Assembly (NCBI GenBank): GCA_026914245.1
Contig: CP110439.1
Coordinates: forward strand, 3,162,001-3,226,000
Source: Puccinia triticina
Lineage: Eukaryota
Direction: 5' to 3'
DNA: 64,000 bases
Made by a program: the position numbers and the translations under genes. This document shows, piece after piece, positions 10,321 to 22,853 of this stretch; position 1 is the first letter of the stretch, and each line of letters starts with the position of its first letter. The notes under the pieces were generated by a model. That model had not been told where the DNA came from. It did not search any database and saw only the letters and a program-made list of their open reading frames with translations.

Positions 10321-13300
10321 ATGGTTGGTCGAGGGGGAAAACAAAAACTTCAAGAAATAAAAGATCAAGCAATCAGAGAAACAGAAGAAAAACAAAGAAT
10401 AGAAAAGAGAAAAGAAGAAGAAGAAAGAAGAGAAACAATCCGAAAATTTGAAGAACAACAAAGAAAATCATACCAGAACCTCAAAACCCCCCACCAATCT
10501 ACATCCCTCAATATACCGATGGCCGCGGCTCCCTCCGCAGAAGACTACTACCACCTCAAGTCAAAAATCGACCGTCTTGAGCGTATCATAGCAGCCAACC
10601 CTATCGCTCCGCACCAGATTCCGCATGCACAAGTCGACAGCGGAAATATGGTCATCATCAGCTTCCACAAGAAGCCTCTAGAGTTGCACCACATGCACAA
10701 CCCAAAGAAAACCAAGCTCGAAAAAGGCAAGGCTAACTTCAAAGCATGGGACCGCGAAATCAACCGCACACTCAAATATGTCTTTGAATGCGCCGAGGAT
10801 TTCACTCTTCATGAAGCCAACTTCAAGAGATCCGCAAAGGACCAAGCTGCGATTGCATGTCTGTTACGATTGACGATCGAAACATCCCTGTTAGACATTG
10901 TCGATGGAACGAACTCCGACAATCCGTGGAAGATCTTCACCCTCCTGAAAGAGCAGTGCGATCGGTCAGACAGGCAATACAAGATCGCCATAATCGAACA
11001 GTTCGCCGAATTGATCAACAATCGAGCGCCGGATCGGACCTCACCCTGCGAAGTGGAGCAAGGTTTGGGCTGAGATCACTCAACTCAAACTTACCCTTGA
11101 AGATGTTGGCGGATTACTGCTACAAAGTAGCTATGTGGCCCCTATCAGTGTTGACTCAAAGACGTTTGAATTCAAAGTGAGCCAGAAGCTAGAAGGCTCA
11201 GACAAGACAACAGTGAGTGATGTCATCACGGTCATTCAAGCAGCGTCGGGGAAATATCAAGGGAAAGCCACGGCGACCGCCGAAGATCCCTATGTCCCGA
11301 TGGATGTCGATGCGATTCAAGCGCTGAGGTCGACTGCGAACAGATACGCACCTCCACACCGTCGGCAACCAACACCCAACAGACCACCCCAGCAAGCGCC
11401 GTCCCTACCAATGCAAGCGACTCCGCAAAAGACCTCCCTGTCAATCAAAAAAGCGGCGGCATACCGCGGGTACCCACTGAATGGCTACCTCACATCCACA
11501 TACGGGCTCCAGTGTTACTACTGTAAACAGGACGGACACTGGCACAACAACTGTAAGATCTTCTGGGACAATGTGAACACTGGAATCATCGGCCCGACCC
11601 ACGTCGATCAAGCATCCTCATCAAACTCAGCTCCACCAGATTGTCCCATGAGCCAGCACAACCGTCTCCGACAGCTCGATGTGCCGGAGGTCAGCGATGA
11701 GAAGATTTTACTTGACTCAGGAGCTTCTACTCATGTGAGTGGTTCACTCAGTCTCTACACCTCAACCGAAGAGCTCGAGCGACCCAAGAAGATACTCCTG
11801 GCAGTGGCTGACTGTTCCGTTGACGTCAGGCTCAAGGGAACAATCACAATCCCGACAAAACACGGGAATGTGACGGTTAACAATGTGTTCTACTGCCCAG
11901 GCGTCGATGGGATAATACTCTCGGTTGGCCGGCTGACTGGTGTAGGATGGCAACTCAAGTTTCAAGGCCGTGAAGCGACATTGACTAGCCCCAACCAAGT
12001 AGTTTCTAAAACGTTGTATAGAAACTTCTGCTGGTACCTGAGCAATCTACATCATTCTCTGAACCTGAATAAAATCACACAAAAACCTTCATTCAACCCT
12101 TTCCTGTGGCACCGGCGCCTCAGACACGTCTCCAAAGAGGTTGTGCAAAAATACTTGAGACAACATTGTCCCGATGAAATTGATGGGAAATTGTGGGAGT
12201 CTTTTTTCTGCACGCAATGCGCAAAGTCGAGAAGTGTCGATGAGAAGTCACCCAGAGGAAACTCATTGATACCAAGAGATGAACCCCTTGACTTACTTGT
12301 CTTGGATGTGGCCGGACCTTTTTTGTACGACATGTCTGGAAAACAATACGTACTTACACTCAGAGACCATGCAACGACATACATCTGGTGCGATGTCATG
12401 GCGGAACAAAGCGAAGTACCAGGAAAGATCATGTCCTGGCTAAATCACATGAAAACCACCCTTGGCAGATATCCAAAGAACATCCGCTGCGACAATGCGC
12501 CCAAGTACACAGCATCATTAAAAAAGCTACTAGCACCGATAGGAGTATCCCTAGCACCAGTCCCACCATACAGCCCGGAGCAGAATGGCGAAGCAGAGAG
12601 GGTCAACCAAACTCTAGGAGATATGGCCAGGACAATGCTCCACAAGTCAAAAATGGCCCGACCCTATTGGAGCTATGCATACCGGATGGCGGCACAGATA
12701 CACAATTGAATCCCCAACAAGAAAATCGACACGTGCCCCCTCACCAAACTGTACGGCATCGACGTTGATCCAAATGTTCTATATCCGTTTGGAGCTGAAG
12801 CAATAGTCCATATTCCTAAGGAGAAACGAGATAAGCAATCTGAACGAGCGATTTTGGGAAAACTCATTGGATACCCAGCAGCAGGGGCAGGCTGGCTGGT
12901 GCACTCTAGTCAAAGCAGTAGAGTTCTACACTCGACGTCTGTTATTTTTCCCGAATTTCAAAACTTGCCAGTAAAGAAGAAAGAGCCGAAGAAAACCGAC
13001 ATTGCTTTCATGTTGAACCAGATTGTCCTGAAGCTTGGTGAGGAGGCAACAGATCAGATTGCGAAGGCGGAGGTAAAGACAATAGCTAACCTCCCAGTCA
13101 ACAAAGATTGACACATCCCCCTGAACATCAAGTCAGCGCTCCAATCAAGGGACGAAGTGGCATGGCAAGCGGCGGCGAACTACGAAATAGACAAATTTGT
13201 GTAGCTTGACGTGTGGACTCCGGTAGATCCATTTCCAGGAGCCAAAGTGCTGGGATGTTGCTGGGTTTTTGCAATAAAGGACGGGATTTTGCCAGGAGAC

Positions 13301-15087
13301 CCAGAAATCTTTTGGGCGAGGTACGTCGCAAAGGGTTTTAACCAGGTCATGGGACAAGACTGCAACAAAATGTATGCTCCGACTGCCTTGCTGGTCACGC
13401 TTTGTCTGCTAATATCTCTGGCTATCAAATATCACTATCCAATTGCAACTTTTGACATCAGCTCAGCTTACCTCTATAGCCCAATAGAAGAGGAAGTATA
13501 TGTTCAACCTCCGACGGAGATCAGACCAGAGCTAAAAGGAAAGATAATGAAACTGAATAAGGCAATGTATGGCACAAAGCAAGCCGCACGTTGCTGGTGG
13601 AAATTCTTCAAATCAAAAATGGAAGACATTGGTTTCATTGCGTTGGAGCTAGAACAATCACTCTACATCTACAGGCAAGGAGAAGGTTTCATCACCATCT
13701 GGTTACACGTCGATGATGGATTTGCGGTGGCGTTGAATGAGGATCTGATGGGCAAACTACAGACGGCAATGGAGAAGGACATGAAGATCAAGTGGTCAGA
13801 CAAGGTGGCGAAGCTAGTGGGTATCAACATCAAGCTGAAGGCAGACATGGTGGAACTCAATCAAGAAAAGCTAGCAAACCAGATTGTAAGCGACTACGCA
13901 AGACCAGTATTCACCCAAAGAAGTACTCTTCCAGACGAGACGTTAGAAATTCACTCTGGCGAGCCGGTTGACCAGACAAAGTATAGATTGATTCTAGGTT
14001 CCCTGATGTATCTTGCCTCCGGTACAAGACCCGACACCTTGTATGGTGTAAATTTGCTAGTGTGGTACAGCAAAAATCCCTCACTGCAACACTGGAAAGC
14101 GCTGGATTTTCTTGTCGGATATCTTAAGAGGACGAAATCGAAGAAGCTGATGTTGAAAGCAACACTGGGTCGCTACGCTAACCATAGCGGTTAGCGTAGT
14201 AGCGCAGCGCGAATGCACTATTTTTTAGCGTAGCGTTAGCGCAATTGCACGCATATGCGCTAACGCTACGCGCACGCGGTGCGCAGCTATTTTAGCTGAT
14301 AGCGTAGCGTTAGCGCAGATGCGCGCAATTGCGCTAACGCTACGCATGCAGGGCGCAAAAGAGCGCGCGCTACGCTGCGCTACAGCGCCTTTAGCGGGAA
14401 AAAAGGCCTTTTTTTCCGCTAAAAGCGCTGTAGCGCAGCGTAGCGACTATAGCGGCGCGCTAATGCTAACAAAGAATTGGCGCGCTGTTAGCGCCGCTGA
14501 AAATTAGCGCAGCGTAGCGGCGCTAACAGCGCGCTAACGCTATGCAAAATAGATGGGTGCTTTTTGCCGCTACGCTAACGCGTAGCACTGAAATAGCGTA
14601 GCGACCCAGTGTTGTTGAAAGGACGAGGGGCGTCACTGGACTTATGGTCGGATGCGAATTGGGGCGGCGAGCACGAGAGATCCACCTCTGGTTTTGTCAT
14701 CAAGCACCTAGGGGACTCGATTGCGTGGGAGCAAAGCGGCAAACTGTGGTAGCGCTGTCAACTTGTGCGGCAGAATATGTGGCTCTGTTGGATGGATCTC
14801 AGCAATTGGCGGGGATATCAATACTTCTCAAAGAAATAAGCCATCAACTGCCGATGGAAATTTTCTGTGACAACAAAGCGGCCATCCTGATTGCGGGCGA
14901 CAACGCGTCAAAGAAAAGAACCAAGTACCTGATGTGGGCATTTTATTTCATCAATGATTTCATCAGAGAGAACAAAATCAAGATCTTGTGGACAAACACC
15001 CATCTTCAGCAAGCAGACATCTTCACAAAGAGGCTAGGTCCCAACAAAATGGACGCGGCAACGGCAAATCTGGGGCTTACGGCGTGA
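10321..15087 (+). pseudogene. Copia-1 gag-pol polyprotein, broken by frameshifts, stops and a TIR-element insertion
   Basis: Fragments 10321-11073, 11135-12709, 12854-13111, 13211-14194 and 14644-15087 follow Copia domain order. Confidence 0.9.
14160..14614. mobile_element. Non-autonomous TIR element with 7-bp TSD, copy 2 (inside Copia-1 at the RT/RNase H boundary)
   Basis: TIR CAACACTGGGTCGCTACGCTA / TAGCGTAGCGACCCAGTGTTG with TSD TTGAAAG. Removing the element and one TSD restores KLMLKGRGASLDLWSDANWGGEHERSTSG. Confidence 0.92.
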
Positions 15088-16796
15088 AGTTTACCAACTT
15101 GGGGGGGGGGGGGGGGGGGGTGTTAGAGGCCAGGTAACCAAGGTGGTAAACTTAGTCCATATTGAGTTTATTCATCTTATGCATGTAGTCAAACGTTGTA
15201 TCTACATGCTCTGGCTACGCCTGTACCTAGTCTAGCTCAGCCCGCGCGGTACCGAATCCCCTCTTTCCTCACCGAGAGTGGATTCGATACCGAGCGAGGC
15301 TGACCCTACCGTGACGCATTTCTTATCGTCAGGTATGTGCAATCAAACTGAGAGTGGATTCGATACCGAGCGAGGCTGACCCTACCGTGACGCATTTCTT
15401 ATCGTCAGATCTGCATTCACTTTCTCAAGTGTCTTATAGCCGTGTTTCCAGTATGTAAATATTTCATGCAAATTCTGATTGACTTGGATGGAATGATGAG
15501 GCTTACATTTTCATTTGTGGAAATCTTGATGGACTTGGAAAGACCAGGCGCATGACTTTGGCCATGATACCGATGACGGGTCGCCAGTCATCCAGCCGCA
15601 AGGTGGGATGACTATAGGTTTGCAAAAATCAATCAATGGAACTATACACAGTATATTGGTGGATTGGAAAACATGATAACAACGACCTTGCTTTGTCCTA
15701 ACCAATTTTGAAGATCCTCCCCCCCCCTTTCCTTCATCTTTGGATGTTGTCTGTTAGCCTGGGGCTTCATGTCTCAGAATTGCAAAAAAAATCCAAAGAG
15801 CGTTGGGATAGTTTGCTGGGCTTCTTGGCTGCTCATCGCATGCTCATTTCAGATCACTTTTGGCGTCAACTTCAAGGATATTATTGAAATAGAAAGGGGT
15901 GTTTGTGGTCTCGCACCACAAAGCTCGTTGCTTCATCAGTGTTCCCTGTCCTTTGGAGGGGGGGGGGGGGGGGCGAAGGGCTCAGGTGGGCACTCCTGCA
16001 TAGCTTGAGGGCATTGCCACTAGCTATCATCGCCACAAGCAAGCTTAGCTAGTCGACGGCCTGCGGGGGCCCAGAACCACCTAGACACATGTTCAGTCGC
16101 ACAAGGCTGCGCATGTTGTATGACTGGCACTCTGGTTTGAAGCCTGATGTTTTGTTTATCGTTGCAATGTGAGTACTGACCTTAAATTCTGAGTACAATG
16201 GCTTTGGTGTCAGCCGATAACGGTATCAATGAAGGCCATGTTTCAAACTAACGCAATCCTGTCAAGCAGGCTCCAGTCTAGAAGTTATGACAAGTACGTT
16301 AGTCTTTGTTTCGCTGACAAAGAACATCTGACAAGAAGTTTTCCAGAGGATTCGCTGTACTAGACCTAGCAAAAGATACATAAGTGAGACGTGGTGGATG
16401 AATGGCTTGTTTTATCGATCTGAGACGTGAAGGGGCGGCGGCGACATCACCTCATGCTTACGGATGTATGGAAGGGTGTTTGGATTAGTCAAAGGGGCAA
16501 GGCGGTTATGGGGAGGTCGCAGTGTCGTGGATGGGCCAGAGTAGCTGAGCTGAGCGTGTGGAGCGGTGTGTAGTATGCTGTATCCCGCTAGACGGCCTCT
16601 TCGCCTCTCCCCCATGAAGTCATCCTCCAGTCCAGCCATGTACACCCATCCACTCGCGAAACCCCTGGAGCCAGGCATACAGATATCCTCATAAATAGCA
16701 CCTTCGACCCACCCGTGTCTGCTGGACCCAACCGACCCTCTGCTCTGCTTCTGTCTCTGCCTGTGCCCACCCCAGCCGACCCAGCATCCCCACGCG

Positions 16797-19040
16797 ATGG
16801 TCAACGCCAACTTCCCCGTACCCGAACGGATCCCAGGCCAGCTGATCACCGACAATCAGCATCTCTTCTTCCTCAAACAACATCTTGCTACGCTCTGTGG
16901 TCTTCGGGGCGTCCAAAAGTCTGCAGCTCCTTCACAGTTTCCCTGTTCCGAATCGTCACTACTAATCACCACCCTTATCTCGCATCGTGCTTCAGATTTC
17001 CAGGCTCGCAGCCAGTCAGTTTTTCCCAGAAGTCGTTGGAATTATTGGAAACCGAAGAGTTGAGTTTCAAAACTTATACTAGATCGATTATTCTTATTGT
17101 CAGAAGAGATAAAATAATAAACAAATCAGTTTGAAAGGAAGAAAAAAATAAACACGATTGACACGATAGGCCACTAACCAAAATAATTTCGACAGTTTCT
17201 GGGTATGTGAAAAATCCGATGGAGTTCGAGTGATGGTCTTGATCGTTGTCAAAGGGACAGCCCAAGGCCCAGTTCAAGAAGTTTACTTTGTTCGTCCCAG
17301 AAAATGCTATCCTTGGGCTTGTCATCGGAATTCTCACAACATCCACTCCTTTTTGTTGCTTCTCACAATTAGATTGACCGGAAGGACGAGTTTTTCTTGA
17401 TTGAAAACATCACATTTCCCCATTTCGAAAATCCCAATCGACTACTCAAAGACACCATTCTCGACGGTGAATTGGTCATCGACGTTGACCCCAAAACGGG
17501 CCATGTTTGTAGCTCTCCTAACCATGATGCCATAAACTATCAGGAGCTCTAAATGTTTTTGCTCGCACACAGCAACAGTTGCGGTTTTTAGCATTTGATT
17601 GCATTGTATGGGAAGCAAACAATCTCATGATGAGACCTCTCATGAATCGATACGGGGTGAGCTTTCCTGATTTCCGCTTGGGTTATTTGTTTTGTAAACG
17701 TTCATTAAAGTTTTTGGCTATCCAATCTATTCATGTTTTTGTCCCGAAATTTTCGTCTTGAATGTAGAGGTTAAAAGACTGGGTCATAGCCCCATTGAAG
17801 AAGCTTATCTCTATCCAGCCCCAACTGAGAGACAAAATGCCCTTTGAGTTGAGTCCATTCCATCTTCAGTCGATCGTCTACTCGCGTATCTTGTTGTTAA
17901 CTCGCAAGTATCTGTATTTACTTGGTAGTGTCCAGCTAAAGACTATGGAACTCGCCTATGGGATCGACAAAGTGCTTCATCATGATCTGCCCAAGCTGAC
18001 GCACGGAAACGATGGCCTGATTTTTACCAGCGCGACGGCCCCTTATCGAATAGGGACTGATCCTAAGATGTATTCGCCTTTTTTGCATATCAGAATAAAG
18101 CCAGAAGGACATGCTGCTGACAATCATCACATCTCTCTCGTAGATTGAAATGGAAGCCACCATCTGAAAACTCGATCGACTTCCGTTTAGAACTCAGGTT
18201 CCCCCCTCTACCGGACGACCCCGAGGAGGCGGACTTTTATGCAAAGCCACTGTTTGTTCTGATGATGAACTGCGGGAGAGAGGGGGAACAGTTTTTTGAT
18301 ACACTCGAGATGTCCGATGAAGAATGGATGGAGTTGAGTGCGATCCCTTCAAAAGTCCCCCGCGAGTAACACAGCTTTGTGTAGTTACTGACACCACTAA
18401 TGTTTTAACAACATAACAGGCGAAAACAAAGACGCGAGCAGCTCGATAACCGAGTAGTTGAGGTTGTCTGGGACGCGCCCCGCAATACATGGAAAATACT
18501 GAGGTTCAGGGATGACAAGAAAAATGGGAATTATCGGGCCGTTGTCTTTTCGATCCTCGACAGTATTCGCGATGGAGTGGAGGCACCAGAAGTAAGTTCT
18601 TCATCTTGTTTCGGTTGTTTTGTGAAAGCGTCCGAGTCTTCTTCTAAACATTCTGTTTTTTCCCCTGGATCCAGCTGAGCAAGCGATCAGCCAAGATCCG
18701 CAATGCCTGGAAGGCCCGGGCACAGGGACAGAGTTCGAGCACCCAGCCTTCTGGTAACAAATCACCACCGCGTGCACAGCAGGAACCCAATCCAAAACCA
18801 TCTGGCTCCAAATCTCCAACGCGAAACTCGAAGCCTTCCCGAAGCAAATCCCCGCCTAACCCTCGTCAACCAGCTCCTCAATCCTCATCGGCCCCTCCTA
18901 ATCATCCTAATCCTCCCAAACCTCAGCCCTCTACCGTCCCCATTAAAATCGTGGGTGGAAATCCTAGGACAAAGGGGAAAAAGAAAAAAATCACTTTGGC
19001 TCAAGTCGGTACTGTTGCATCAACTATGAAAAGAATCTGA
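16797..19040 (+). CDS. CEG1: mRNA capping enzyme alpha subunit (guanylyltransferase), about 10 exons
   Basis: Spliced motifs FPGSQPVSF, VCEKSDGVR (KxDG), ILDGELVID, LRFLAFD, HGNDGLIFT, LKWKPPSENSIDF and WKILRFRDDK, then a Pro/Ser-rich basic tail ending at a TGA at 19038-19040. Confidence 0.93.
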
Positions 19041-20930
19041 TATGTTTATCTTTTTTCTCTTACTATCTGCTCGACTCACTCCTTCAACTGAATACTTGAA
19101 CGCAACAACATATAGGTCTTATGTTTCCTGCTCTGTTTCTTATTTGTGCACAAATTGTGATTAGGTTTTGATCGTTTTTTGGGTCTTCTTGCCTTGTGGA
19201 TTTGCGTATCCTTATCACTACTTATATGTGCAAGAAAGACAAATAAGAAGAAGAAGAAGAAGAAGAAGAAAACTTCCATATTTATCTGATCTTGCCCTGG
19301 ATCACTTCCGATCACTAATATCACCTACATACATATATACATAGCTCTAATACGTTGCGGCAAAGATATGTACTCCATTTGCCTTGGGTTCTTGTTTTTT
19401 TTTTGTATTGTCAGTCAATGTACAGGTTTTTGTTTTCTTCAGATACACATCTATATAGATACCTCTTTTCCTTTTTGTTTGTCTGAGGAAAACAGATGTG
19501 TATAAAGAAATGGGCGAAAATCGACTCAGTAATTGAATTTCTGACTCTGAAATGCAGCGGACGTCCTGAGGACCTCAAATTGCTGTCTACCCCAGATCCT
19601 CAGGACCACAATTTGATCCAGGAAAAATTTGGGAGTTGGAGTACTAATTTCAACACCTTGTTTGGGAGTCGGAAATTGAATTTTACAAAGAATGACAGAA
19701 ATAAAGAAAATGTTATCACTCCTCACTGGGGCACCCAAAGCCCCCAAAAATTCTACAGTGTGTACAAAACCCTCTGAAGAGCACTTGGTGAGCAGCATGG
19801 CATTATAACACCCCAAACAAGGGGTGTGCTACTCTGGGTCTAATACGGCGGATTTCCTACTAAGGAAAACTACCAAAACCTTGGTGTGGGTGCACCAAAA
19901 TTTCACATCATCAAGTAAATTACTATGTCTCCAAATGGTGAGCTGCAATATGGCAGCAACACACAAAGAGAATTTCTTTTGAGGTGGCAGGGCCCTTGGT
20001 CACATCTCCTACTACTAAAAATGGTGGGTACACTAGTAAATAGTGCCTTGGGTAAAATTGATACTGTCTCCTTAACACTTTGTGCCTCTGGGACTGGTAA
20101 TATAGTTCCTCCAGGACTGTTCATTGTGCCTTCAGGACTTTCAATTATGGGAATTTTAATAGTGAAAAAAATACGGATCTACTTCGCGCAGCAGCGAAAA
20201 ACTCTTCGCGCACAGAATGGACCGTCCCCCGACGTCAAGCCCGCTGTGCGCGCAAGCCAAAAAATACTTCGCGCACAGCGACTCCCCCCGAAAGAAGGAG
20301 GGAGTTTTTCTGGATTTTTTTTTGATGGATCAAAAGAGGGGGTCTTGCTTGCCCCCTCCAGAAAATCTTGGATTTTTTGGAGGTGTCCTCCATCATGTAA
20401 ATTTTTTTATAATATTAATCCAAAAAATAAGCTCCCCCTGCCCCGATAACCCACCCCGGGGAATTTTGACCTGCCAAAACTCAAGCGGTCGGGTACAGCA
20501 GATACGAAAAAGCTTGCGTTTGGGGGGTCTGAAAATCCAACCCCCAGGCTCAGAAAAAGCCACACCCAAACAAAGCCACAGAGAGATACAGGACCTGTAT
20601 CTCTCTGTGGTTTCCATACCCCCCACCCCCCGATGCCGGCACCATATCCCCCCCCCATTCCGGCCGCACCCACCCCAGCCATCCTCGATCCCCCAGCCCC
20701 CCAAATCCCCCCCCCCACTCAGCCCGTTGTGAGTTTCTCAATCCCTCCCTCGTCTCTCCTTCCTGGCTTTGGCTGACCCACCGACCTCTGCACCCTCCCC
20801 CCAGGCCCGAAACCATTGGACCAATAACCCGCAAGGTGGTCAGTATTATGTAGGTTTTTTTTTCCCCCATGATAGATCAATAGGTCTGATCCTCCGATTT
20901 CCCCAATCATCCAGCCAGCCGCCCTCCCGA

Positions 20931-22054
20931 ATGGGGTTCGTGAAGTACGCCTGAGACGTCAAGGTGATTGTCGTCAAGCTCAGCCTCCGCGGACTGACCC
21001 TCGATGAAATCAATGACACAATCGATAAGAATGTCTCTCACGACTCTTTGGCGCGATGGAATCGCCTGTATTGAACCACTCGAGATGTGGTGCGTGACCC
21101 GGCGCTGTATGAAGACAGAGGTCGGCCGCTATCCTTCTCGGCCGAGGAGCGGGAATTTATCCTCTCGGCCCTCGAGTTAGAGCCGACACTCTACCTAGAT
21201 GAGATTCAGTCTCACCTGGAGACCATGACAGGCGAAATTCACCCAATCGCCTCGATCTCGGACGAGTTGAGGAGCCGGCTCAACTTCTCAAAGAAGGTCG
21301 CCCGGACCGTCCACCCGGCGCAATGCCCAGTGAAAAGAGCCCGATATGTGACCCAGGTGGGCCCATACCCATCCAACTACTTTGTGTTTATAGGTAAGTC
21401 CAGGGTGGTTTGCTTTGTGGTATCTATTTGGCTAGTTTGGCTGACGCATTGGCTGCATCCAGACGAATGCAGAGTGTCTCTTGGTACCCACTCACGCGAT
21501 CGTGCGTGGTCAACCCGCGGCCGTCGGACGAAACAAATCCCTCGTGCTCACGATGCGCCCCGTATCTCGGTGTGTCCGGCGGTTTCACTCGATGGCATGC
21601 TATGTGTGATGGCGCAGGAGGGGACGATGCGTCGCGTTGACATCGAGTACTTTTTAGAGGATGTTCTGGTAGGGATTCCTTTTTTTTTGCTTTTTCTTTG
21701 GCGGACCTCAGCGGCTTACTTACGTACTTGTCTCAATTTTTTCAGATGCCTGTGATGAATCCGTTCCCTGGCAGGAACAGTGTGCTCATCATGGACAATG
21801 CAGCAATTCACCATAGAGGACGGATCGCCGAGATTTGCGCGGAAAATCAGGTGTTGCTGATATATTTAGCGCCTTACTCGCCGGACATGAATCCGATTGA
21901 GAAGGTCTTCTCAAACCTCAAGTTGCACCTCAAACGACATTGGATGCTCACCGGGACCGAGTTGGACGCCGACATTATCAAGGGGGTGCTCCCAAGGATT
22001 GCCACCCCCAATTTGATGCAAAAACTTTTTCGGGGCAGTGGGTACAGGGCCTGA
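20931..22054 (+). pseudogene. Tc1-like DD34E transposase (2 introns; in-frame TGA at 20952 and 21072)
   Basis: MGFVKYA*DVK..., HTH-type segment PTLYLDEIQ, FI|DE across intron 1, then IMDNAAIHH and YLAPYSPDMNPIE with 34 residues between the second D and E. Confidence 0.88.
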
Positions 22055-22853
22055 GCCTGATAGTTTTTTAATGACTCGCTTTCTTGTTGTCTTTCTTGGC
22101 TATTTTATTGTTCCTTTCCTCTTTAATTCTTCAAATGAGAATTAAATAGTCTTGAGTCTCTGCCTCTTTATAAGGAGCCCTCTGAGCGCATCCCTCTGAG
22201 CCGGCCTCTGAGCCGGTCGGTGGGGACTTGTGAGATATGGTGGGCCTACGTGACTAGGCTGCGTGGGCACTGGTCTATCTTTGTGGGCCAGGACTTGGAA
22301 AGATTACGTCCGTGGTGGGGACTTGTCCTTGCCGGCCGGTACTTCAAATTAATGAGTCATCTTGTCTGGCCCCACGCGCAATTCCGTGACTTGTAAAAAA
22401 TTGCTGGGCCCCAGAGGGACAATTGCAGACGGCCCCCGGGCCCCATCATTTTCGGCAAAGTCTTTCTATTTGCAGACGGTCCCCGGGCCCCAGCGGTAAA
22501 CTGGGCCGCAGAGGGACTCGGACATTTTAGGCAAAGTCAAACTCACATCCCGGCGGAGCCGGCGGGCCCAAGACTGGTGCCCGCCCGCACTGTCTGTTTA
22601 TTGGAGCTAAGATATATGTATGCATTCCATTAAGAGAATGTCACAGATATAAGAGTAAGAGGAAAACATAACTAAGATAAAATGGAAAAAGGTGGTCACG
22701 GATATAAGAGTAAAAGAAACACATAACCAAGATAGGAATCGGATAAAGAAAGGAAGGGGGCTGCTATGGGTCTCATCAGGAAGAAAAAAAAAGGCTGCCG
22801 CCCGCAAAAAAAAACTTCCTATGTTGAGCAACCCTCCAAACACTCATTATGGC

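Larger units (their letters stand above)
9939..15438 (+). mobile_element. Ty1/Copia LTR retrotransposon 1, full length, degenerate
   Basis: LTRs 9939-10257 and 15121-15438 (TG...TA, about 13 substitutions plus 1 indel by eye), 5-bp TSD GCCGT and a poly-G PPT. Domain order is gag CCHC (CYYCKQDGHWHNNC), PR (LLDSGAS), IN (IRCDNA...QNGEAER), RT (WLHVDD), RNase H. Confidence 0.95.

Noticed and set aside
20217..20954. Overlapping Pro/Gly-rich ORFs (mirrored at 25397-26273)
   Set aside because: They are translations of GC-rich TIR and LTR sequence.
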